Part shown: in pieces, positions 31,264 through 43,144 of the stretch
Numbering within the stretch: position 1 is the first letter of the stretch
Layout: every line of letters begins with the position of its first letter
From: an uncultured Methanosarcinaceae archaeon
Lineage (GTDB): Archaea > Halobacteriota > Methanosarcinia > Methanosarcinales > Methanosarcinaceae
NCBI GenBank assembly: GCA_963763235.1
Contig: CAVXNY010000007.1
Span: forward strand, 4,828 to 68,827
Length of the DNA stretch: 64,000 bases
Reading direction: 5' to 3'
Translations under genes and position numbers: made by a program
Notes under the pieces: generated by a model
What the model saw: the letters and a program-made list of their open reading frames with translations, nothing else
The model's database searches: none
Told to the model about the DNA's origin: nothing

Positions 31264-32037
31264 TTAACTTTTGACAGCTGATAAGCGATAAGCTTTTCTA
31301 CTGCTCGGATCGAACCTCGTATCGAAAGTTGTATCTTTTATATAGATAATATTGAAAAAAGGCGTGAAAGTCTGCTCTATTTCGGTTTTTGAGAGCTTTA
31401 GGGGTCCTTCTTCTACGAGCTCTTTATCAGAGAAGCCCAGCATGAAATATTTACCTCCTGGTTTTAGTACTCTATGTAACTGCCGTGCAAAAACTGGCCT
31501 GTCTTCGTATGTCATCGCATGAAACAAACCCGAATCTATAACGATATCAAATTCAGCTTCCATGAAAAGACGGTCCATCTGTAACACATTTCCGACTACA
31601 AAATTTACCTTAACATGACGCTCTATAGTCTTTGCTTTTGCGCTGGAGATAGCAGCTTCAGCTAGGTCTATACCTGTGACATCATAGCCGTTCAAAGCTA
31701 ACATTATCGCGTTTTCGCCTCTTCCACACCCTATATCCAAAGCTCGACCAGGTTTGATCTCGTTGGCTTTTATAAGTGCCTGAAAAGCGGGTTGTGGGTG
31801 ATCAAGATCCCAAGGTGGCACGCCTTTATATGCTTCATCCCAGTATTTTAAAAATGCATTTGGATTCTTATTTCTGGCCTCTCTAAATAAGTTCTCTTTC
31901 GATTGAAATTTTTGTAATAGAGTCATTTCGGTAACATTTGCCTCTTGCGCGATTTTGCGGGTAGTTGCATCCGCATATCCTTCTCTAATGAATATCTTTA
32001 AAGCGGCATCCAAGATCCTTTTTTCTGTATCTGGCAT
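31264..32037 (-). CDS. TetR-type HTH fused to class I SAM methyltransferase (TPMT/TehB-like)
   Basis: RILDAALKIF...GY..ATTRKIAQEANVTE.TL; PPWD, ALDIGCGRG, FDIVIDSGLFH, LKPGG. Confidence 0.88.
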   Translation of the reverse strand: MPDTEKRILDAALKIFIREGYADATTRKIAQEANVTEMTLLQKFQSKENLFREARNKNPNAFLKYWDEAYKGVPPWDLDHPQPAFQALIKANEIKPGRALDIGCGRGENAIMLALNGYDVTGIDLAEAAISSAKAKTIERHVKVNFVVGNVLQMDRLFMEAEFDIVIDSGLFHAMTYEDRPVFARQLHRVLKPGGKYFMLGFSDKELVEEGPLKLSKTEIEQTFTPFFNIIYIKDTTFDTRFDPSSRKAYRLSAVKS

Positions 32038-32547
32038 GATAGTAAAATTATTCTTTTCAACTATTTATGTTTACACTTTAGTTACACCTTATTTTTGGGT
32101 GTATTTTAATTACTACTAGAGTGCTAAGGAGCATGAATACTGAGAATTTTTAACATATATGGAGTCACTAATTTACCATTGATTTCACTGGCAATTGCTG
32201 CAATCAATCCAAAATTCAAAATAAAAAAGTTCTAATTATTAAGCGTACAGCGTACCTAGGCTCTGTAAATTATGAAGACTTCAAAAAATAAAAAAATATT
32301 ATGAATATGATATTATTTTTTGGTTTTAAAATATGTTATTGGAAAGTAAATTTTATTCAGAAACAATTTTTTGTATCGTTATTTAAAAATAACTAACAAG
32401 CTAAGTGAATAATTTAGTTCATCTAAATTTGTTGGTGTAATAGAATAGACATCAACCAATTAATTTGTGGTGGTATGAATAGTTACCAAAAACAAAACCC
32501 TCAAAAACCTAAAAATTATTGATTTTAACTATAAAGGAGTGTAATAT

Positions 32548-32733
32548 ATGGAGAAACAAACATTTGACAAAATAAAAAAGAAGCTGGTCATTTTTGTAGT
32601 TTTATTTGTAGTAATTTCAATGACAGCTGCAACAGTAAGTGCAGCGAAGCATGTAGTAAGACCAGATTATCATCATCGCCCACTTGCCCCCTACTACTAT
32701 GGCCATTACTATCCTAACTGTGGCGGGGTATGA
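32548..32733 (+). CDS. Small secreted His/Tyr-rich peptide (probably 3'-truncated; ancestral tail to 32765)
   Basis: AAGGAG RBS; signal peptide MEKQTFDKIKKKLVIFVVLFVVISMTAATVSA; shifted frame continues YTNQWAWIC*. Confidence 0.7.
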   Translation: MEKQTFDKIKKKLVIFVVLFVVISMTAATVSAAKHVVRPDYHHRPLAPYYYGHYYPNCGGV

Positions 32734-33639
32734 AATACACTAACCAGTGGGCATGGATCTGCTAACCAGTGAGTATGGACCCCTGTTCTCCATAGATTTA
32801 AATGACAACTTAACAAAAATTATTGCAATAGATGCTTCTGTTTACCCCTGATTAAATAAGGAAACTATAATAAATAGTGTAAGCAAAATAAGGAAACTAA
32901 TCATCTCATAAATTACCTAACTTAGTTATTCTATATATTATGAGTTAATAATGATAGGTGCATTAAACATTATACTCGTAAATATAGCAAGGAATAGGCC
33001 ATCATAGACTCATAGTAAGGTTCTCATTCAATGGCATTGGAAATATGCTAGCTACCAAAAAAATCGATCATAGAGTTGCTAAATTGGTTTAAGTGGGCTT
33101 TATGGGCTAACGGGTTTTGGATCTATATTTGGTAGATGATTTTGGTGACCGTGGTGATTATGTCAGAGATCGTAGTAGAGACTATTACATAGATAATGAC
33201 GGTTTCCGCGGATTTGTTGGCCGTAGTAATTTATTTGATGATTTTCCGCTAATTACAGCCTTTTTATGAATATATCACATTAATTTTGGGATTTATTTAT
33301 CAATTTATGGCCAAATTAGGTAATTATTTTAGAATTAATTTGACTATGCATCGCGAGATCAGTACTGATTTTAATATACGTTTATTCACAGTACTTCTGA
33401 AAAATACACTAATTTATCGTTATTAACATTTGTTTATATAACGATAAGTAATATTACATTATAGGGTACCTGAGATATACTTTTTTTCCGAAATTGGAAT
33501 TCTCACCAAGTCTGCCGCCTGTGGAGATTTCGCCATTTTCGAAATCTTTGGTGCTCACTGTTGTAGCTTTCTCTTATAGTAAGAAAACAACTACCAGTAA
33601 AATAGCAATTGTCTTTTTAATATTAATATACAAATCTTT

Positions 33640-34128
33640 TTAATTTGTATATTCATCTTTTTTTAATGCGATTGATTTTGGTGGTAATGTTACAACTTTA
33701 AACCAAAAGTCTTGTATGGAACCAATTACTTTCATGAACTCGTCAAAGTCAAGGGGTTTAACTATATAGGCATTGGCATGAAGATCATAAGCTATGAGCA
33801 TGTCCTTTTCAGCTCTGGAAGTAGTTAGAATGATTACGGGTATGTTTTTAAGTTTATTACTCTCTTTTATTTCTCTAAGAACTTCACTTCCATCCTTTTT
33901 TGGCAAATTCAAATCCAAAATAATTATATCTGGGAGTGGAGAACCTAAAAACTGATCCTTACCACATAAAAAACGGATTGCTTCTTCTCCATCTTCTGCA
34001 ACATGTAGATTAGTTATAACTTTTGCATCGATGAAGAATTCTGTTATTAATCCAATGTCTCCCTTATTGTCTTCAACTAAAAGAATTTCTAAAGGCTTAG
34101 CTATCATCTTCACTTTTAAAACCTTCAT
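33640..34128 (-). CDS. Single-domain response regulator (Rcp1/CheY-like)
   Basis: ILLVEDN, PDIIILDLNLPKKDG, IILTTS, ANAYIVKP. Confidence 0.92.
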   Translation of the reverse strand: MKVLKVKMIAKPLEILLVEDNKGDIGLITEFFIDAKVITNLHVAEDGEEAIRFLCGKDQFLGSPLPDIIILDLNLPKKDGSEVLREIKESNKLKNIPVIILTTSRAEKDMLIAYDLHANAYIVKPLDFDEFMKVIGSIQDFWFKVVTLPPKSIALKKDEYTN

Positions 34129-34611
34129 AAACAGATATAAAAGAGTTTATTGCGCAGTCAACTTGAGAATACAGAGTCAATAGCAATCTTATTTGGAATT
34201 GGATTAGCAAAATTATAAGAAATTACCAGTAATTGTTAGTTTAATATATCTCTCAGTTTTGCGTGGGTTGGCGGTTCTAGATTTAGAGCATCAGAAATCA
34301 GAATTGTTTGGATTATTACTTGTTATAGACTTTTCATTTGGTATACTTAATATATTTCTTTTTTATCCTTGAAATGTTATCTAGAAACTTTAATAATTAG
34401 TAGGAAACAAAATTTCAAAACAATCGGATCAAAATAGGAAGGTTACTAAGCAGGGAAGGAAAAGGAAATTTAGTTTCAAATCTAGTGATAGACATATAAT
34501 TTAAAGTAATTGAATTATGAATCTACACGGTATACATCTGTAAAATGTTGATTGAAGCAAAATTGGAGAGTTATGATTATAGAAGAGCTGGGAAATGAGT
34601 GCCTGTCTGTA

Positions 34612-37168
34612 ATGAATGAAAACATGAGACATTCTGGCATTGATATTATTGAAGATGTGCCATGGGGAACACATTTCTGTCAGTTCTACCAGAACAAGGA
34701 AGATTTGATCGACATACTTGTTCCTTATTTCAAAACAGGACTGGAAAATAATGAATTCTGCATGTGGGTCACAACACAACCATTGGAAGTAGAAGCGGCA
34801 AAAGAAGCTATTAGAAAGGTGGTTCCTGATATAGATGTTTATTTAGAGAAAGGACAACTTGAAATAATTTCTTATTCCCACTGGTATATAAAAGGCGGCG
34901 CTTTCGATTCAGATAGAGTATTGAATGGGTGGGTTGAAAAACTCAATCATGCTCTAGCTAATGGCTATGATGGCTTAAGGTTAACTGGAAATACTTTTTG
35001 GCTAGAAAAAGAAGATTGGAACGATTTTGTTGATTATGAGAAAGAGGTGGATAGAGCCCTAGGTAACTACCAGATGATAGCTCTTTGCACCTACCAGCTT
35101 GACAGATGCAACGCAACTGAAATCATCGATGTAGTTGTCAATCACCAATTTGCTTTGATCAAAAAGCAAGGAAAATGGGAACGGATCGAAAGTTCCAAGC
35201 GTAAAGAAGCAGAAAAAACGGCAATTTTACAATCTTCTCGTCTGCGAGAGAGCCATACTAAGCTGGAGATAGCTTTGGAGAGCATGACCGATGCTGTGTT
35301 CATTTCCGATGCACACGGGAGGTTCATCAACTTCAACGACGCATTCATTAAGTACCACAAATTCAAGAACAAAGATGAATGCTCCCAGATCGTTGCCGAA
35401 TGTTCTAACATCCTGGATGTGTTCATGGCTGACGGGACACCGGCACCGTTGGACATGTGGGCGGTGCCCAGGGCTTTACGGGGAGAAAGTGCCAGGGATG
35501 TTGACTCTACGACGCAAAGACACGGGCGAAACATGGGTCGGTAGCTACAACTTTTCTCCTATCCGTGACAATAACGGCGCGATTGTCGGATCAGTCGGAT
35601 AGTTCGTGACAGCACAGAGTTCAAGCAGGCTGAAGAGGAACGAAAGCGACTATTAGGCAGTATTCAACAAGAGAAAGACCAACTGTCTGCCTTGATCAAC
35701 AGCCTTACTGATGAGATTTGGTTTGCAAACACCAAAAAGAAATTTACACTTATCAATCCTTCGGGACACAGAGATTTCAGATCAACAATGGGGCAGTTGT
35801 CGACGTGGAACAACTCGCCATGAATCTGGAAGTCTATCGTCCTGATGGCAGTCTGCGTCCAGTAGAGGAAGCATCGTCATTGCGTGCTCTGCGTGGTGAA
35901 ATTGTGAAAAATCAGGAAGAGATCATCCGCATGCCTATCAACGGAGAATTGCGCTATCGGCAAGTGAATGCTTCCCCAGTAAGAGATCAAAAAGGCAATA
36001 TCATTGGAACTATATCCGTTGTTCGAGACATTACAGAGCACAAGCGATATGAACAGCAGTTATTTGACACTAACCAGCGTCTGGAAGCACTTATGATGGC
36101 ATCTCTTGTGGGAATCAGTTTCTCAAATGATCCAACCTGTCAGTTTATTGCCGGAACTTCTGTATTATTAGCTCAGTTCGATGGTAGTAAAGAAGACAAT
36201 ATCTCAGCATCCGCACCAAACTACGATGCGCTCGGTCGACAAGTACGTTTCTTCTTGGATGGTAGGCAAATCAGCGATATCGAGCTTCCTTTGCAGCGGG
36301 CCGTTGCTGAGAATCGGGTGATCCCACCCATGGCGTTAGAGGTACAGCTGCTGAGTGGAAGGCGATGGTTTACAGAAGCTTCTGGGGCACCTATACATGA
36401 TCTAGAAGGCAACATTATCGGCGGCGTTGCTATAACCGTGGATGTCACAGAGCGAAAACGAGCAGAAATTAAGTTGAAACAAACACTCGACAATTTAGTA
36501 AACTTAGTTAAAGAACGTACAGCTGAGCTTGAAACAGCAGAAAAAACGTTGAAGTTGAAAAAGAAGAGCTTATCCATTCAAATGAAGGATTAGAACAATT
36601 TGCTTACGTTTAGTCGCATGATTTACAGGAACCACTGCGGATGATAACAAGTTATTTGCAGCTTTTACAAAGGAAGTATCAAGGTAATCTAGATGATAAA
36701 GCTGAAAAATACATCAATTTTGCTATTGACGGAGCTTCCCGGATGCAAAGTCTGATAAATGACCTTTTAGAATACTCTCGAGTGGGTACAGTAAACAACG
36801 AACCTGAAAGTATAGATTGTGAGTCCATTTTGAATAAGGTATTATCCAATTTAAAAATGATTATTAAAGAAAATAATGCTACTGTATCTCATAGCCCTTT
36901 ACCTGAAGTAATGGCAAATTCTACTCAGATAGTTCAGGTATTTCAGAATCTGATAGTCAATGGAATAAAATTCCACAGTGAACAAGCACCCAAAATTCAT
37001 ATCGTTGCAGAGAAAAAAGCGAGTGAATGGGTATTTTCAGTGCAGGACAACGGAATTGGAATTGATCCGCAATATTCAGAAAGAATCTTTGAAATATTTA
37101 AAAGATTAAACAACAGGGAAAAATATCCTGGAACAGGAATAGGGCTTGCAATCTGTAATGATCTCTGA
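34612..37168 (+). pseudogene. MEDS-PAS-PAS-PAS histidine kinase, multiply frameshifted and 3'-truncated
   Basis: MEDS (HSGIDII.DVPWGTHFCQFY), three PAS/PAC blocks split over frames, H-box FAYV*SHDLQEPLRM with TAG at 36611, HATPase ending at GLAIC. Confidence 0.88.
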
Positions 37169-37373
37169 CATAGTCAACAGTTACCAAAACAGCTTAGCCC
37201 ACACAGACCACTTAAACCACTTTATAGACAATGCGATCGATTTTGTAGGGGGTAGCATAAATTGTATTACCATCGAATAAGAACCTTACCAAGAGCCTTA
37301 CTTGAAAATATTTAGCCGGCATGATCAGTACAGATGATCTATGTGCGGTGAATAATGTCTATAGTTAACTACT
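37154..37373. mobile_element. Candidate non-autonomous element (IS481-like TGTA ends) truncating the kinase
   Basis: Left TGTAATGATCTCTGACATAGTCAAC versus reverse complement of right end AGTAGTTAACTATAGACATTATTCAC; begins exactly where kinase homology stops. Confidence 0.4.
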
Positions 37374-38037
37374 TCTAAGGTAGATTGGCATTCAGCTGTG
37401 GTCAACCTGAAATTGATGATATGGAAATTTTGAAACAAAATATAGTCGAACGTATTGAATTTGCGAAAAGTTCAAAAATCGGTATGAAAAGAATTTATTA
37501 TATTGCACATTTATGTAGTGGGGTTAAAATTAAAACAGATGCTAAGAATAGAAAAAGGATGCTAGTAAATTTAGAACTACAAGGAACCTTAATTTGCTCT
37601 GGAGCCTTGAGTTATCATCCTTCAAAAATAAAATGTTTCTCAACCGAAGACTATGCAGAACCAAAAAACTCAATATTTATATGTCAGATCCAAAAAATTA
37701 CAGCTCTTTCATAAATTCCCATGACAACTTGCAGGGTCACAGAAGGAATAACATGGTTATTATTTTAAGAGATATACATTAATTCATTTTTGAGTAATGA
37801 CAAATGATAGCTGTAAACAGTATACTTATTTATAGTAATTTAATACAGACTGATCAGTATCAAATTAATAGAGTATTGTTTATAATATCTAAACTTGACT
37901 TTTTCCTATTATTTGGCCTTTTAATACTCCCATAGGATTTTAATTGCCTTGTTCATAATTAATTACTCCGACATGTCAGTAATTATTTATATTTGTATTT
38001 AGTTTCCTATTTTGCTTTTAATTGGATACTATCCAGC

Positions 38038-38930
38038 TCAATGTGCAAAATCAATAATAATAGATATCGCATATAATGCAAGTGTTACGTGGAAAAGGGG
38101 AAGTATCTTCATTCCGACTCCTGGACTTTTTTCTTTCAAGAGGTAAAGATTTGACCCTGCAAGTAGTACAAATCCTGCAAGGAAACCATAGTGAGCAATG
38201 ACTCCAAGGTCCTTGAGAAATAAAGTAGCTGTGAGAAGATGCAGGAGGACAAAGCCTGTAATCCAGTATTTTGTTCCTTTTATGCCATAAAGGACGGTTA
38301 TAGATTTCATGCCTCTTGCTCGGTCGTTTTTCAGATCTATTAAGTCATTTAATCCTAGATGCGCCATTGTCCAGGGATATAAAAAAACATGTAGAGTAGC
38401 ATGGTCATATCTGGGTGTCCATAGCAGAGGTAGCCTGCTGCCGGAAAAAATGTAAAATCTGTTCTTCCAAGAAGTTGAGCAATCGGATACTTTTGATCTC
38501 TTTTCTTAATTTGATAAAACTCCTCAATGCTGTAAGAGTACAACATTATTGTAAAAACATAGAGCGAATTTGGATAGGGCAGAGTGAAAATAAGGACTGA
38601 AGTAACTCCTATAAGCAGAATTAACAGCCAGAAGGCATTTTCTGAAGAAATCTTTCCTGAAGGAATGGGTCTCTCTTTAAAAGGCCTCCAGTAGTTGGTA
38701 AGCGTGTTATCAATGTCAAATCTATCTATGTTTCTGTCCACATAATCGTTGAGTACTAAACCAGCTTCGAATCCCAGCGTGCCTATTAGAGCTGTCTTCA
38801 TGGTCAACGACCAGGAAAAGCCTCCTTAATTTGCAAAAGCAAGCATCAACCCAGAGCAGAAAATAATGGGCCAGACCGGGAGAAAGTGGGCACGAGTGAG
38901 GTCAATGTAAGCTTTTAGATTTTCTTGCAT
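38038..38930 (-). pseudogene. UbiA-family prenyltransferase pseudogene
   Basis: MQENLKAYIDLTRAHF...AFAN* (TAA ~38827), then VLNDYVDR..D, RPIPSG; frameshift in an A-run ~38380; then LNDLIDLKNDRARG. Confidence 0.88.
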
Positions 38931-39435
38931 GCTTTTGGCTTTAGTAACGATAGTGATGATCAAAGTTTTGGTGTCACACTCTGCTGCAAGCAACTGGGTA
39001 TGTTCGAGCCTCTGCTCTGGATATAAAGGAATTATCCAAAATCAAATATTTTCATTTGCTGATATAATTTTTTTCTTCATGATTTCCCAGATTCCAACAT
39101 CGTTTTTAATTACATCTGAAGTCGTACACACATCCCCAGTTACCGTTCAACATCTATAAATCCAAAGTTTATAATCCAAAAGCTATTTCTTAATCTCAGA
39201 GTATTCTTTAAAGACATTTCTTGCTGTGATACTTTTTATAATCTACATCACTATTAGGAGAATACTTTTGGTTCAGAACCATTGAAAAGATGTACATACA
39301 CACTATCATTACAGATTGCATCGAACTCAAAAAGATACCTTTTGCTAATTTCGAAGCATATATATTTCAAATAATTGATGATGTCATTGCTTAAAAAAAA
39401 GTTGCTATACTTCATACAAAAATATGTGATATTTT

Positions 39436-39523
39436 AGAGCAGTTCGATAAACAGCTATTCATCACGAATAATAGATATAAGTTTATAAGTATATTATAAA
39501 ATTTAGGAGTTTATTGAACTCCT
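39436..39523. mobile_element. MITE family B, copy 3
   Basis: AGAGCAGTTCGATAAAC...ATAAAATTTAGGAGTTTATTGAACTCCT. Confidence 0.65.
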
Positions 39524-39744
39524 TCTTATTTTACAGACATAGTTGTTTGAATGACGTAATTCCTTTTATAGTGCAAATGTAGCTTAAAATATGAATCCGT
39601 TAATTAATAACGTTTCTCAGTGAAGTTTTCATCACCACAGTAATCTGTGGGGTATTCTACTGTAATAAAACACTCATTATGCAGTGCTTTTGAGGTTAAA
39701 TCGCTCGATAAGCTTGCAAAAATGCAGAGTTAAAAGTATTGGAT

Positions 39745-39884
39745 CCCACTTTCCGCAGATGCACACAAAAATACCATACATTTTCTCAATAAGACAGTCG
39801 ATTAAAAATTTATCTAACTTTCAACGAATAATAGAGGCCAAATAGGCAAACAAATATACATCCGTGTACATCTGCAGAAAATCG
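39745..39884. mobile_element. MITE family A, copy 5 (inverted)
   Basis: Reverse complement of the family A consensus; TTCCGCAGATGCACAC...GTGTACATCTGCAGAA. Confidence 0.8.
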
Positions 39885-40121
39885 GTTAAAATATAAATTG
39901 GATAGTTGATAAAGGTCGTAGGGAAAATATGCATCCCTGCAGCTTACTACAGGGTATTTGACTGGGAGAAAAATACGCCTACATAAATTTGCTCAGTGAA
40001 TCTTAATAAAGATAGCTATTGATCTAGGTTTGTTCAGGATGAATAGTTACAGCTTTTGAATATCCTCAGACTTCAAGCAGTATTTTTATAAAATATTACT
40101 TCAAATGATCCAAGGGAAAAT

Positions 40122-40871
40122 ATGCTAAATAATACATATATTCATATTCCTGGTGTAGGGAAGAGCCTTGAACAGAAGATCTGGGCTCAAGGAATACATA
40201 CATGGGAAGAATTTCTTGAGATGGAAGACAGGATCTCAATACCTTCTACTCGAAAAGCAATAATTTGTGAGGGGATTAAGAAATCTTCCGAGCGTCTGGC
40301 AGCAAAAGATTATTATTTTTTTTCGCAGTGTCTCCCTTCTTCTGAACACTGGAGAACCTATCCTCTGTTTTCCGAGTCTGTAGCATTTGTGGATATTGAG
40401 ACAACTGGGCTTTCTCAGCATAGAGATAGAATAACAGTTATTGGAATTTATGATGGTAGAGAGTCTAAGACATATGTAAAGGACATAAATCTCGATGATA
40501 TTGTGGATGAACTTTCAAAATACAGGTTACTTGTATCCTTCAACGGTGCTCGTTTTGATATTCCTTTCATAAAGTCCGAATTTCCTGAAATAGAATTCAA
40601 ACAGCTCCATATAGATCTTTTGTATCCTCTAAGGCGAATAGGATATAAAGGTGGCCTCAAAAATATTGAGAAAATACTTGGGATATCCCGGAGTGAAGAT
40701 ACTGAAGGTATGACGGGATTTGATTCCGTAAGGCTCTGGAAGCAATATGAAAGAGGAGACAAAGATGCGCTAGCTAAAATTATTAAATATAATAAAGAAG
40801 ACATAGTTAATCTGAAAACTATTTTAGAGCTTACTTATCCTAAAATGGTTGAAAAAGCTCTAAATGCTTGA
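40122..40871 (+). CDS. RNase H-like (YprB/DEDD) exonuclease with N-terminal HhH
   Basis: HIPGVG, FVDIETTGL, SFNGARFDIP, HIDL, GGLKNIE, YNKED. Confidence 0.88.
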   Translation: MLNNTYIHIPGVGKSLEQKIWAQGIHTWEEFLEMEDRISIPSTRKAIICEGIKKSSERLAAKDYYFFSQCLPSSEHWRTYPLFSESVAFVDIETTGLSQHRDRITVIGIYDGRESKTYVKDINLDDIVDELSKYRLLVSFNGARFDIPFIKSEFPEIEFKQLHIDLLYPLRRIGYKGGLKNIEKILGISRSEDTEGMTGFDSVRLWKQYERGDKDALAKIIKYNKEDIVNLKTILELTYPKMVEKALNA

Positions 40872-41421
40872 GAGGCAAAATTTTTTATTGAAACTTACAG
40901 AAGTCAAAAATATCTAACAACCTATTATATTTCCGTCAATTACATAAATTTAAGTCTCAGTCATTTAAGTTTTTACTGTCTTCCTAATTATAGTTTTCCC
41001 AATAAAAATTAATATTTCAACAAACAGGAAAATGGATTTGTCATCAGGTACCTACATTTTTCTTTAGGCTTAAATACAAATTTGGATCAGTTAGACCACA
41101 GAAAAAAAGAAAAAAAATAGAATAAGGAAATAATTTTTCCATTTCTTTCGGTTTATTTCCATGATTGTAGAATTTCGAGTGATTGAAGTATGAATAATCA
41201 TGATTAAAGTGTAAATATTCTTGGAAATTTTTGTTGATTTGTGAGTTTATTACAAACTTCAATTATAATTAATGATTTCGTTTTCATGCACTAACCAGAT
41301 TTACTCTAACCATGGTCCTCACAGTAAAAATTGACACTTCACAAAATAAGAAAAATACATTCATGATTAAATACTAAAATTTTTTTGTAATTATTCATCC
41401 TAAGCAAAAAAAATACAATAA

Positions 41422-41613
41422 CCCTCCTCACTAAGATTCAGGGAGCAAATTTAGTTAGGCATATTTTCAGTTAGCTGTAGGTTATTGATAATGTTTTTTA
41501 TTTTTCAATCAGTTCACAATCAGAAGTATCTATTGTATCAAAATATATATCTTCCAACTGATTTTTGGTAATTTAAATTGTTACGTTGCTCCCCGAATCT
41601 TAAACTTGGAGGG
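41422..41613. repeat. ~190-bp segment bounded by ~27-bp inverted repeats (MITE-like)
   Basis: CCCTCCTCACTAAGATTCAGGGAGCAA ... TTGCTCCCCGAATCTTAAACTTGGAGGG. Confidence 0.6.
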
Positions 41614-42095
41614 GAACCATGGAAAGCACATAAAAAACGGAATAAAGGGAATATTTGGACAATTTTTCCATGTTGTTCCGCTTTTCTTTGGTTATAGAAT
41701 TTCTAATGACTTAAGCACAAGTAATTAAGTTCGAAACTAAAATTAATTTTCAAAAGTGTAATTGATTCGTTAGTTCCCTATAAACTGATATAATGAAAAA
41801 AAATAATAACCAAAAATTGCAAGTTGAACAAATAAATAAGAGGGCAACTTAATACAACTAAAATTATCTCTTCTGAACTTAAATTTTGGAAATCGGATTT
41901 AAAAAAGTTGAACTACCTTTATCTCACATTAACCCAGATCAGAATACTTTAATAATAAAATAGATTGAAAATTCATTTCCACCTGAAAAGATGACAGGAA
42001 ATAGTAATTATGAGACAGTAAAACTGTAAGATATATAAGCATGTTTTTCATATAAGGTTAGGAGAAAGAATGAAATAAATTTACAAAGCAGGGAT

Positions 42096-42356
42096 ATGAT
42101 GCGCGCAGAACTTACATCACTTTTTGGTTTAAGCATATACACAAATACCGGTGTTTATGTAGGAAAGCTACAGGACCTTGTAATTGATATAGATGATCAG
42201 AAGATTACTGGGCTTGCTGTTTCTGATATTAATCGAGAACTTTTTGACCTGACCACCAAAGGTGTAATTATTCCTTACCGGTGGGTCATAACTGCAGCAG
42301 ATATTGTTATAATAAGAGATGTTGTCCAAAGATTCAAAAAACGGAAAGAAGAATGA
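42096..42356 (+). CDS. PRC-barrel domain protein
   Basis: LFGLSIYTNTGVYVGKLQDLVID...IIPYRWVITAADIVII. Confidence 0.9.
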   Translation: MMRAELTSLFGLSIYTNTGVYVGKLQDLVIDIDDQKITGLAVSDINRELFDLTTKGVIIPYRWVITAADIVIIRDVVQRFKKRKEE

Positions 42357-43144
42357 TAAATTTTGGAAGATAAATTAAAAACGTGGAAATCTTTGCTGAA
42401 ATGCGCTGTATCCCTCATGTGGTTGTGCGCGCTAATGGCAGGTATTAAGAAATAAGCTCTTGCGCCTTGGTTTTAAGAAACTCTATGACCCAAACTTCAC
42501 CAGGGCAATAGCGAACACTGTCATAATTTTCGTTAGAAAAGCAGTTTAGGCCCTCCTCTTTGCCTACACTTTTTCGGATGAAATCAGTTTTCTGTTTACA
42601 GATCTTTCATTTGAAGTTAAAGTGGAAAAATTGACTCTATCGTGGAAAGCTTTCTAGGAAGCTCCATTAATATAAATTTATGGCTTGAAAAATCTGTGGC
42701 TTTTGATTCCAGAATATTGGTCCTTCAAAGGGAGGAAATTCCTTGTTATTTTATTTGATACAGTTGAATCCTGGTGAAATTTTTTGACATCTTGAATTAC
42801 TATGCTATGCTGTATAAAAAGGAATGAATAATGTGAAGCTTCGGAATATCTGAAAGGAAAAAAGGATGAAAAATCCATGAAATACTTTTTGAAATGGAGA
42901 CTAACCTTGCACGACTTCCCGTTGGCAGAGGAGATAAATTCTCATTTATACAAAAGAAATCTATGAACCTCTGTCTCTAAACCGATTTTTGGTGAGGAGA
43001 CTAAATCTCTGTGCAGAAAAGTCACTAATATTTGGAAATCTCTAAATCCAAATTAAAAAAAAAGGAATTAACACTTCTAGAGAAACTTATTAATCAAAAT
43101 TGAGTTTTTGAAGATAAGAAAATAAAGTAAGGAATGTATAGGCA

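Noticed and set aside
32810-32910. Possible transketolase C-terminal relic (LNKETIINSVSK)
   Set aside because: Too short and degenerate to call.
37385-37714. 109-aa ORF
   Set aside because: No recognisable motif or RBS; cannot support as a gene.
39630-39965. Short GC hairpins (CCACAG..CTGTGG; CCCTGCAG..CTACAGGG) as terminators or ncRNA
   Set aside because: Better explained as degenerate IS200/IS605 end palindromes like those at 24379 and 51336.
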